64,000 nucleotides of DNA from Macrostomum lignano. Its lineage: Eukaryota. A model generated the notes under the pieces. The model searched no databases, was not told the origin of the DNA, and saw only the letters and a list, made by a program, of their open reading frames with translations. Every line of letters begins with the position of its first letter. Position 1 is the first letter of the stretch. The position numbers and the translations under genes are program-made. Where the stretch lies: positions 164,288 to 228,287 of the forward strand of contig NIVC01001862.1 in the NCBI GenBank assembly GCA_002269645.1. The letters are read 5' to 3'. Below, one piece after another: positions 13,706 through 26,755 of the stretch.

Positions 13706-14315
13706 CTGATTGATTTATCGGTGATATCCTGATGCAATTTAAGGCGCAATGATCCGCTGATCATATTATAACAGAATACAAGTGTAGCATGAAAGATGCT
13801 ACCGAAAAATAAATCTGCATGTTAATATTTTAACTCTGTATCCTCTTTTGCAAAGTTTTAAAGAATACTGTTATGTTCTATTAAAAACCTTTTATATTTG
13901 TCAGGAAAATTGAATATCAGACCTCAGCGCAACAGTGAAAATTAGGAATGCAATTTTACCACATTTATATGCTTCGAAATTTTAATATCGACATTTAAAT
14001 AACCCTAAGCCACACTATGTAAACTTATCGATTCTACAATCTAACAACATCCTTGACCTCACCTCTAGATCTCATCCTCATCTCTAGTCTCATTCTGAGC
14101 AAGATCTTTTACAAGTACAAAAATCTTATATTAGTTTGTCATTGTGTAAACTCACTTCGTCTCACTAAAAGTTTTTATTTGTTAAATCAACTCCTGTAGT
14201 TAAAAATATCTTTGCAATGTGTGATCACAATAAAATTTGGCTAAGCCAGCAATTTTTTGGGCATGAAAGTAATAAACTGACTCCCCAAGTTTTTTAATAC
14301 CATCCTTTATAGATA

Positions 14316-14520
<205 letters not shown>

Positions 14521-14528
14521 GTCGCTCC

Positions 14529-16674
<2,146 letters not shown>

Positions 16675-17337
16675 GACAACGCCCTAAACAGCTCAATGGG
16701 TAACACACCTTTTTTCGAGTGAGCCTGAATGCATGCCTTTTCTTATTAGAATCTCAGCGTAGGCTTTCCATATGGTTCATTCCCTGGCTTTTTAGAACTG
16801 GAACCTAGCAAGTATGAAATTGGCTTGGTTACCAATCGAACAGTGTTTATCTCTCTCCCCGCTGCTGTCATAACTATAGATTTTGATAGATAGTTCTCAA
16901 TCACTTCTAAAGCAGCTGTTGGAAAACTTTTAAATCAAACATTGAACCAAAGCCAGTATAGAGTTAACTGGATACCAAAACATTACAAATTGTGACTCGA
17001 GCACGAACAGGAAGCTTACTCGAGTTGAGCCTTAAAACGTGCTCATTTTAGTTCTACTTGAGTAGCCACGAAAAACTTACAAGGCTTGCACAGCAGGAAG
17101 CTTAACTTCTGTAGTCGGCACGGGCATCTCCATTTGATCGTTTGCGACGCGATTGGAAAGTAGCGGATATGAAGAAATGACGAACATTTAACTCCTCATT
17201 TTTGTCTTGATGTAGGGAGCCTATTTTAAAGCCTACATCAGGAGCCAGGTAAGCATTACAAGCTTAACTCTTGTGTGAAATGATGAGGCTTCAGGGCACT
17301 TCGTATAGCTAAACAAATATACATGTAGCGCTTAACG

Positions 17338-17612
17338 CAGAGGTCAGCAAACTTTTTATCTCAAGGGCCTAGAGCCTAGAGAACCTAGAGCATGACTAGG
17401 AGGGGAGTGGAGAGAGGATAGGGAATAGAGAAGAGAAATAGGAGAAAGGAGAAGAGAGGAGACGAGAGGGAGGAGAGATCAAATAGGAGAGAGAGGAGAG
17501 GGGAGCAGATGAGAAGACAAAACCTTAAGCGGGTCGGATTGCTATTGTGAAATTTCGAAGGACCCGAGGGCTGGATAGAGAGGCATTGCAGGCCGGAGTT
17601 TGGCGACCCCTG
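17338..17612. mobile_element. hAT-type MITE with purine-rich interior
   Basis: Imperfect TIRs cagaggtcagcaaac / gtttggcgacccctg and a perfect 8-bp TSD gcttaacg on both sides. Homologous copies at 53285 and 54181. Confidence 0.85.
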
Positions 17613-18592
17613 GCTTAACGGATACTTTACTACTAACTAATTCATTGCAAATTCGACTTGAACTAAGTTTCGTGTAGCTAGCGTATGTACGAGCGTATGA
17701 TTTAAAAAATACTTCACTATCATTTTGTTTTTCTTAGAAATGCAAGATTAATTCACCTTTTCTTGAGTGAAAGCTCGTCGATGCCGATCGAAGCCCGCAG
17801 CGCCAGCAGCAGCACCTCCTGCACCGACTTTGTACAGTTTAACTTGATCCACATTCTTTGTGAAAATTTAATGCTACGTCAAAATTTTAAATCATTGAAT
17901 AATGTTGTAGGGCGTAATTTAGGAGCGGAATCATATTTGCTTTTACTCTACTAACAGTAGTTTTCAGTAGCGGAAATATCGGTAATTAGATTAAGTTAGG
18001 GTTTTTATTATTAATAAAGAGCGGTTGGGCTCTTTGGAGAAGCATCCTTCGTTGCAATCTTTCGACTTAGAAAATGTCAACAAAAAGGGAATTAAACGTA
18101 ATGGAAATAAAGGGACTTTGTTTGGCATAGGAATTAATATTGCTCTAGATGAGTCTTGCTTCTAAAACACGGGAGTCTTGCCCAAGCACATTCTAGGGAA
18201 AACAGCTAGGAATTTAATGTAAAACAACATTTTGTATGTTAACAATCTTATCTATAGTTGAACATTTTGCTTGAAAACTAAGATTTATATTGGTTTCCTG
18301 TCTTCTTTAATCACTAAATATTAGGATTAGGGAGTATCAGGAAACCTGGTGGCAGCAACCTACCAACTAAACTATTAGAATCCACTAAGAATAATAACCA
18401 GAGAAACCAGTAGCCTAAACCGCAGGACCACGACTGCAAATATTGTTCAAAAATGAAAGTTCAAACAAAAAATAGACCGATTTTTGATAAAGCAGTTTCA
18501 AAGACGCAAAAATTATATTTAAACTGATAGAAAAGAAATACACAGTCCAGTTTCAGTTTATCAGCAAGCCGAACACTTAGTCCCAGTAGAAT

Positions 18593-19984
18593 TTAAAGCT
18601 CGTTTAACGCCTGCATCAGAGCCATCTTCACAATGTTTGCAGCCGTTTTCTTCTGCGTCTTCGCTATCAATCGGGCCACCATTTTTAGCAGCACGTTCGA
18701 CAGCAACTGGCTTAACTCGAGAGAGATTCTGTCCTTCACTTTCCTGCCAGCCACAGCTTTGCAGCTTGTCGGCATAGCTTGCAGCCTTGATTTCAACTGT
18801 TTTACACCCAAGCTTTCCTGCCTGTGTAGCTTGTTTGATGGCACTTCTTCATTATCCACCTCTGCTTCTTCATTATCTATCTCTGCTTCTTCATTATCCA
18901 CCTCTGCTTCTTCATTATCCACCTCTGCTTCTTCATTATCCACCGCTGCTTCTTCATTATCCACCTCTGCTTCTTCATTATCTATCTCTGCTTCTTCATT
19001 ATCCACCTCTGCTTCTTCATTATCTATCTCTGCTTCTCCATTACCCACCTCTGCTTCTTCATTATCCACCTCTGCTTCTTCATTATCTATCTCTGCTTCT
19101 CCATTACCCACCTCTGCTTCTTCATTATCCACCGCTGCTTCTTCATTATCCACCTCTGCTTCTTCATTATCCACCTCTGCTTCTTCATTATCTATCTCTG
19201 CTTCTTCATTATCTATCTCTGCTTCTTCTTCGTCCACCTCTGCTTCTTCATTGTCTGCTACGTTTTCCTCGCCGCTATCTTTTTCGTCCGCTATTTCATC
19301 ATCATTGTCAGTTACAAAGCTTTCATTTTCTGTGTCATAATCTCCGTTTTCTGGGCCATCAGGATCCTCAATTTCCGTAACTTCTTCTTCATTCTCCGTT
19401 CCATCCTCGTAATCTGTCCTTTCTTCGTCGTATTCTGTTCCATCCTCTTCATTCTCCGTCCCATCCTCTTCATTCTCTGTTTCTTCCTCTTCATCTTCTG
19501 TTTCTTCCTCTTCATAATCTGTTTCGTTCTCTTCATAATCTGTTCCCTCATCTGCATTCTCGGTTTCTTCCTCCAGTTCTTCAGGACCCTGCTCAGTGCC
19601 AGTTTTAGCGTCGTCAGTGTTAAAATGCATCCTCACAGCACCATTGTTGTCCAAACTAAACTGATCGTCATCATTTTCTGTTGTTTTGTCACTATTGTTA
19701 GGAGAAAATGGTTCTTCCTCGTCAGCAGCATAATCTGATGCATCGCTCACGATATTGTTGTCAGAATGAGCCGCGTCTCTGATCAGAACTTCGCCAAGTT
19801 TGTCGACCTCCTCCGTGCGCACGCCTTCATTGTTGCTCTCGAAAGTCACGCTCTCGACCTGCTCATTGCTCATGGCTTCCGCTCTAGCGCACACACCCAG
19901 CTCATCATTGTTGCCGAATCTTGCACTTTGCGTCAGGCTGCACACTTCTCGATGATCAGGATCCTTCAATATCTGCTCAGCCAT
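18593..19984 (-). CDS. Acidic low-complexity protein, 463 aa, with ~19 EEAEVDN heptads and a basic helical C-terminus
   Basis: ATG-initiated ORF with non-repetitive N- and C-terminal regions. The 21-bp repeat stays in frame and an upstream acceptor lies near 20113. No family recognised. Confidence 0.6.
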   Translation of the reverse strand: MAEQILKDPDHREVCSLTQSARFGNNDELGVCARAEAMSNEQVESVTFESNNEGVRTEEVDKLGEVLIRDAAHSDNNIVSDASDYAADEEEPFSPNNSDKTTENDDDQFSLDNNGAVRMHFNTDDAKTGTEQGPEELEEETENADEGTDYEENETDYEEEETEDEEEETENEEDGTENEEDGTEYDEERTDYEDGTENEEEVTEIEDPDGPENGDYDTENESFVTDNDDEIADEKDSGEENVADNEEAEVDEEEAEIDNEEAEIDNEEAEVDNEEAEVDNEEAAVDNEEAEVGNGEAEIDNEEAEVDNEEAEVGNGEAEIDNEEAEVDNEEAEIDNEEAEVDNEEAAVDNEEAEVDNEEAEVDNEEAEIDNEEAEVDNEEVPSNKLHRQESLGVKQLKSRLQAMPTSCKAVAGRKVKDRISLELSQLLSNVLLKMVARLIAKTQKKTAANIVKMALMQALNEL

Positions 19985-20733
19985 GTCGTCGGGGCGTTTA
20001 ACAACGAAAATTCGACGACAAAAATGTTTTTCGTTAAATACAGGTTTTTTTAAGCATGTTGCTCAGCTGGCCACTTCCTTATAACAATCAGTGATTATAT
20101 CCACAGCTGTGTCCTGAAAAAATAAATCTATTATTCAGAATTTATGTGGAAAAACTGTGTTATGCCACAGACAACAAAAACTAAACGAACGTTATGATAA
20201 GTCAATGCGAGAAAAAAGTCCTAAACGTCTATTGGCTTCTACTTTTAGTAAGAAGTAATGTAAACACGTAGATTTTTTAGCAGTCTGAAGAAGCAGTTCG
20301 GCTATGTACAAATCTTGTTAAAATAAATGTGGACTATTGGTATTCCGGCCTGTTGATAGGCAGCTGCAGATGGTCCTTAAACCGGTACCCGGCCAGCGCA
20401 TATCTGGCTCACGTAGGTCCCAGGTCTAATTGATGATAAAAGGAGATTTGACCTCGGAATTTTCTAGTTCTAGAATGAGCCTTTCATCTCTGTCCTTCAC
20501 TCTTCAGCCTAATCTTCCGATCCTGCGTTGCTTGTTCTACAATTTCCATTGGGCTTTGTTTATCCGAAATCCAGTGGGTCGGACGGCTTACTAGCTACCA
20601 GCCAACCAAATCTCATCAATAGTTTTCCATTTTCCGTCTGCCTTACCTTTCTTCGGCATTATATAATAATACAAGGCCTTTCTGACGGGCTTCAAAAGCG
20701 ATACTGATGCAAACCTCTCAGTTTAGATATTCA

Positions 20734-23700
20734 ATGCTGCCAATCATTTCTCGACTGCTGCTTGTCAGCATTCTGACGATCTTGGTAAGTTCAATACTTT
20801 GTGAACTTAATCGACGATGCTACTGTAAAAAGCGTGTCATGTTGTGTCATCCTGCAGCTAAGCATCGCACCAGCGCATTGCGATGCGACCACCAGCGAAG
20901 CGGTGAAATCGATCAACACATTCGAATACAACTGGGCAGAGGTTGAGAAAAAGAATTCCAAAGGAGTGGAATTCTCGGTGAGTGTATGTCTCTTGATAGC
21001 GAAACTTCATTCAAAGAGCAAATCTTTTCAAAACCTGTGGAGAAACAGAAACTATATCTTCGAATAAAATTTCCAGCAATATCTTTTTAAATAGATAGTG
21101 CATCTCCACACATACACGAGTCCAGTTTCTACTCAAGTTACGCTTGTTGAAAATCTGAATATTCAACAAGGACTACTCGATGCTAGAGACAGGAAACTAC
21201 AAAAATCCGATCCATTCATAACTTTGTGTTTGAAAATAATTGATAGTTTTTAACCAGAGAATATCGAGTATACATACTTTATACTTTATTTAAATACTTG
21301 GTAAATGAACTTTTTGGCCATAGACATTGAGTTTTAGCAGTTTAAGCTATCATGCACAGTTTTTCACCATGCTTTCATTAAACTCGAAATGTCTATGGCC
21401 AAAAAGTATAGAGTCCCGGAAGGAACGAAAATCAGCTTCACTTTAGACCCTTCTATTGGTATTCTATGTATACTGGATATTCTCTGGTTTAAAATTCTAA
21501 CCAGTGAGTTTGTGTCTGTGGTACAAACCTATCAAAGCAATGCTTTTCGTGGACTAAGTTATTAATAAATCGGCATTTAACTCTTGTACGAGCTAGCTTC
21601 CCGCAGTTACTAAATCACTAAGTGATAAGTACAAAGAAAGTTGTAGTAGCTAAATTGGATGGTTCACTCAACCATATTCTTCAAAACTACTCTCTGTTCC
21701 AGTAGTATGAGAGGAAAAAGCAATATGTACTTATTCGACTACCTCATGCAACTACCTTGAAAGCGGCAAAGTTGCTTGCGTGTGACACGAGCAGCTAGTC
21801 ATGCTTTTCTCCAAAAATTAATCTCTAAACAAAAAAATAAGGCAAATATACTCTTAGGCCATTGCAAGGAGAGCAGCAAGTCAAAATGACACATTAAGAT
21901 AGTGCTGAGTGAACCATCTGGTATATTTAGTATCTGTGCTTTCCCGTCCAAAGCAAAGATAAAGTAAGAAACACTACAGTGCTGCTCTTTTGCCAGACTA
22001 AATCAACTAAATCAATTGAGACTTGACAGAAGCGCAGTTAAATTAATCTCGATCGTATCGATTTTATATGATGTCATAAAATCAGCTCATCGAATTTTTT
22101 TTAATTATAGCTTCCCTCGACAAAGGATTCGAAATTCGATTGGACTCCAGGATCATTCGGACCTGTAAGTACAAGTGCCTATCGAATAATAATAATAATA
22201 TAATTGATTACACCTGCCCCAATGGGGCCAGATGTGCAACCGACAGCTCAGCCTCAGCTATTGCGCGGCGCATTTGAAGGCTGCGTACGGCTGTCCAGTC
22301 CAAGGACTGGGGGGTCGCCACTCCCATCCCCCATCCCCATTTACCCCAGCTAATGCTGGCACCCATTTTACAGCTGGGTGAACTGAAGCAATGCAGAATT
22401 AAGTGTCTTCTTTAAGGACACAGATTGTTTCAGTGGGATCGGGAATCGAACCCCTGACCTTCAAGTCGTGAGTCCGACGCTCTAACCGCTAGGCTATAAC
22501 CCCTCCCTAGGATACAACCCCTCCCTAGGCTGCTACAACCCCTCCCTAGGCTACAACCCCTCCCTAGGCTACAACCCCTCCCTAGGCTACAACCCCTCCC
22601 TAGGCTACAACCCCTCCCTAGGCTACAACCCCTCCCTAGGCTACAACCCCTCCCTAGGCTACAACCCCTCCCTAGGCTACAACCCCTCCCTAGGCTACAA
22701 CCCCTCCCTAGGCTACAACCCCTCCCTAGGCTACAACCCCTCCCTAGGCTACAACCCCTCCCTAGGCTACAACCCCTCCCTAGGCTACAACCCCTCCCTA
22801 GGCTACAACCCCTCCCTAGGCTACAACCCCTCCCTAGGCTACAACCCCTCCCTAGGCTACAACCCCTCCCTAGGCTACAACCTCTCCCTAGGCTACAACC
22901 CCTCCCTAGGCTACAACCCCTCCCTAGGCTACAACCCCTCCCTAGGCTACAACCCCTCCCTAGGCTACAACCCCTCCCTAGGCTACAACCCCTCCCTAGG
23001 CTACAACCCCTCCCTAGGCTACAACCCCTCCCTAGGCTACAACCCCTCCCTAGGCTACAACCCCTCCCTAGGCTACAACCCCTCCCTAGGCTACAACCCC
23101 TCCCTAGGCTACAACCCCTCCCTAGGCTACAACCCCTCCCTAGGCTACAACCCCTCCCTAGGCTACAACCCCTCCCTAGGCTACAACCCCTCCCTAGGCT
23201 ACAACCCCTCCCTAGGCTACAACCCCTCCCTAGGCTACAACCCCTCCCTAGGCTACAACCCCTCCCTAGGCTACAACCCCTCCCTAGGCTACAACCCCTC
23301 CCTAGGCTACAACCTCTCCCTAGGCTACAACCCCTCCCTAGGCTACAACCCCTCCCTAGGCTACAACCCCTCCCTAGGCTACAACCCCTCCCTAGGCTAC
23401 AACCCCTCCCTAGGCTACAACCCCTCCCTAGGCTACAACCCCTCCCTAGGCTACAACCCCTCCCTAGGCTACAACCCCTCCCTAGGCTACAACCCCTCCC
23501 TAGGCTACAACCCCTCCCTAGGCTACAACCCCTCCCTAGGCTACAACCCCTCCCTAGGCTACAACCCCTCCCTAGGCTACAACCCCTCCCTAGGCTACAA
23601 CCCCTCCCTAGGCTACAACCCCTCCCTAGGCTACAACCCCTCCCTAGGCTACAGCCCGGCCTATCGAACTAGACTTTGTTACTATAGCAGGTTCAACTTA

Positions 23701-26700
23701 TCGCACCCTGCAATTCACAGTGCTTCGGATGCGGGACTCGCAGCTATCGATACGTCAGTCACGACTGCGTCCACAGACTGCCAATCAATTTAACAGCTGA
23801 TGCGGTTTCAAAGTAAGTTGAATGCTTGATCTGGCTGCGTACACAGGAGCTATTGTGCCTCGCTACGACTATAACTAACACTGATTACCGACTTTTATTC
23901 CTTCTCAATCAGAACTCTAGTCGGCGTTTTCAAAGTCCCGAAGAGGAGTGCACGCGCCGCAAGGGCGGCCCGCCAGCGCAGAGGACCTTGTTGGGCTGCG
24001 GCCCGCCCTGCAGTCAGCTGAGGCTGCTTCGAGGTGGACTGACCGGGGTAAGTACCTTCTCGGATTAGGAGTCATTAATCCGTTGCTTTTGAAATGATTT
24101 GTCGGTAGGTAGGTGTCTTGTGAAAAGTGAACCTTATCTTCCTCTTCAGCCTTAATTGCTAACTCAGTGGCATCAAAGAATGCTTTTTGTGTGCCAACCA
24201 AAATCAATTGAATTCCATGGGGTATAAATAGTTTTAGACCGCAGAATCCATGAATAAAATTTACATGATCCTACTGCACAGTGTCGCTGTCTTCATGAGC
24301 GCAAACTAGCGTTCGACGTGCCGCGATTGACCTGCCAGGACACTCGCAACCGGTCGGTCAGCTTATCGTTGTGCCAAACAATCTACGAAAAAAGTACTCG
24401 ATTGTACACCGCCGCCCCCTGTGAATTCGACGCTGTCTGCTCTCAGCCAAGCGAGTGGGTAGTTGGCAATTGGACATTGTGCAGCGTGGACAGCCCCCAG
24501 TACCAAAATCGGGAGGTGGTCTGCGCCACTCGAGTACCAAACGGTGTTTACTTGATCATGCACGACTCAATGTGCGTCAAAGCTGCCAGACCCGTGGCCA
24601 ACAGATACTGCGCTCGCTGGGCTGCCGAGAAAAACTTCAAGGTGAGAACATTGAGATTTGTTACCGTGTCCTGAGATTACTGCGGGAGAGGCTTGTACTA
24701 GATTGAGGATATTGCGAGTACAAGAGCGAGGGGTGTACAGAACCGAGAATAGTACAAGAGTGAGGAGAATACATGATTGAGAATAGTACAAGAGTGTGGA
24801 GAATACATGATTGAGAATAGTACAAGAGTGAGGAGAATACATGATTGAGAATAGTACAAGAGTGAGGAGAATACATGATTGAGAATAGTACAAGAGTGAG
24901 AAGAATACATGATGGAGAATAGTACAAGAGTGAGAAGAATACATGATTGAGAATAGTACAAGAGTGAGAAGAATACATGATGGAGAATAGTACAAGAGTG
25001 AGGAGAATACATGATGGAGAATAGTACAAGAGTGAGGAGAATACATGATGGAGAATAGTACAAGAGTGAGGAGAATACATGATGGAGAATACGAGTAGTA
25101 CAAGAGTGAGTAGAATACATGATGGAGAATAGTACAAGAGTGAGGAGAATACAAGATGGAGAATACGAGTAGTACAAGATTGAGTAGAATACATGATGGA
25201 GAATAGTACAAGAGTGAGGAGAATACATGATGGAGAAAAGTACAAGAGTGAGGAGAATACATGATTGAGAATAGTACAAGAGTGAGGAGAATACATGATG
25301 GAGAATACGAGTAGTATAAGAGTGAGGAGAATACATGGTGGAGAATAGTACAAAAGTGAGGAGAATACATGATTGAGAATAGTACAAGAGTGAGGAGAAT
25401 ACATGATGGAGAATAGTACAAGAGTGAGGAGAATACATGATGGAGAATAGTACAAAAGTGAGGAGAATACATGATTGAGAATAGTACAAGAATGAGGAGA
25501 ATACATGATTGAGAATACGAGTAGTACAAGAGTGAGAAGAATACATGATGGAGAATAGTACAAGAGTGAGAAGAATACATGATGGAGAATAGTACAACAG
25601 TGAGGAGAATACATGATGGAGAATAGTACAAGAGTGAGGAGAATACATGATAGCGAATAGTACAATAGTGAGGAGAATACATGTACATGATTGAGAATAG
25701 TACAAGAGTGAGGAGAATACATGATGGAGAATAGTACAAGAGTGAGGAGAATACATGATGGAGAATAGTACAAAAGTGAGGAGAATACATGATTGAGAAT
25801 AGTACAAGAATGAGGAGAATACATGATTGAGAATACGAGTAGTACAAGAGTGAGAAGAATACATGATGGAGAATAGTACAAAAGTGAGGAGAATACATGA
25901 TGGAGAATAGTACAATAGTGAGGAGAATACATGATGGAGAATAGTACAATAGTGAGGAGAATACATGATGGAGAATAGTACAATAGTGAGGGGAATACAT
26001 GATGGAGAATAGTACAAGAGTGAGGAGAATACATGATGGAGAATAGTACAAGAGTGAGGAGAATACATGATGGAGAATAGTACAAGAATGAGGAGAATAC
26101 ATGATGGAGAATAGTACAAAAGTGAGGAGAATACATGATTGAGAATAGTACAAGAGTGAGGGGAATACATGATGGAGAATAGTACAAGAATGAGGAGAAT
26201 ACATGATGGAGAATAGTACAAAAGTGAGGAGAATACATGATGGAGAATAGTACAAGAGTGAGGAGAATACATGATGGAGAATAGTACAAGAGTGAGGAGA
26301 ATACATGATAGCGAATAGTACAATAGTGAGGAGAATACATGTACATGATTGAGAATAGTACAAGAGTGAGGAGAATACATGATTGAGAATACGAGTAGTA
26401 CAAGAGTGAGAAGAATACATGATGGAGAATAGTACAAGAGTGAGGAGAATACATGATGGAGAATAGTACAGGAGTGAGGAGAATACATGATGGAGAATAG
26501 TACAGGAGTATTACTAGTAGCAGGAAATGGCAATCAGTTTTATTTATTAAAGAAATTCTAACCAAGACGCCCTAACCACACCCTATTCAGTGCAAGTGCT
26601 CAGACTACATAGCCAGACGGATCGTGATTTGCATGCGCGGCCGCAGGGGAAGCAGGAAGCCGGTACCGGAGTTCAACTGTAACTGGCACGACAAGCCCCT

Positions 26701-26755
26701 TGCAATGCGATACTGCACCGAGTCGGAGAGGTCCGAATGCAGGCGGCGTCGTTGA
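20734..26755 (+). CDS. Secreted thrombospondin type-1 (ADAMTS-like TSP1) repeat protein, ~314 aa; join(20734..20784,20858..20977,23691..23812,23921..24047,24282..24641,26591..26755)
   Basis: Signal peptide MLPIISRLLLVSILTILLSIAPAHC. Six phase-compatible GT-AG exons. TSP1 motifs WVVGNWTLCS..REVVC..C..RPVANRYC and RRIVIC..C..KPLAMRYC. Confidence 0.78.
21254..21487. mobile_element. MITE-like element with nested inverted repeats
   Basis: Outer IR ccagagaatatcgagtatacata / tatgtatactggatattctctgg, flanked by TTAA / TTTA. Inner IR 21310-21333 / 21381-21406. Confidence 0.7.
22187..23658 (-). mobile_element. tRNA/CORE-like SINE (copy 2) with internal 18-bp array, in TSP1-gene intron 2
   Basis: Body homologous to 16030-16300, with an (ATT)n tail and a perfect 10-bp TSD gcctatcgaa at 22177-22186 and 23659-23668. 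Confidence 0.88.
22489..23653. repeat. 18-bp minisatellite (ggctacaacccctcccta, ~64 copies)
   Basis: Near-perfect tandem array inside the SINE head. Confidence 0.95.
24738..26515. repeat. 34-bp minisatellite (gagaatagtacaagagtgaggagaatacatgatg, ~50 copies) in TSP1-gene intron 5
   Basis: Direct tandem repeat with no spacers. Confidence 0.95.

Noticed and set aside
24567-26565. Three overlapping >600-aa minus-strand ORFs; array resembling CRISPR by unit length
   Set aside because: A 34-bp tandem repeat that lacks stops on one strand. There are no spacers or cas genes, and it lies within the TSP1-gene intron.
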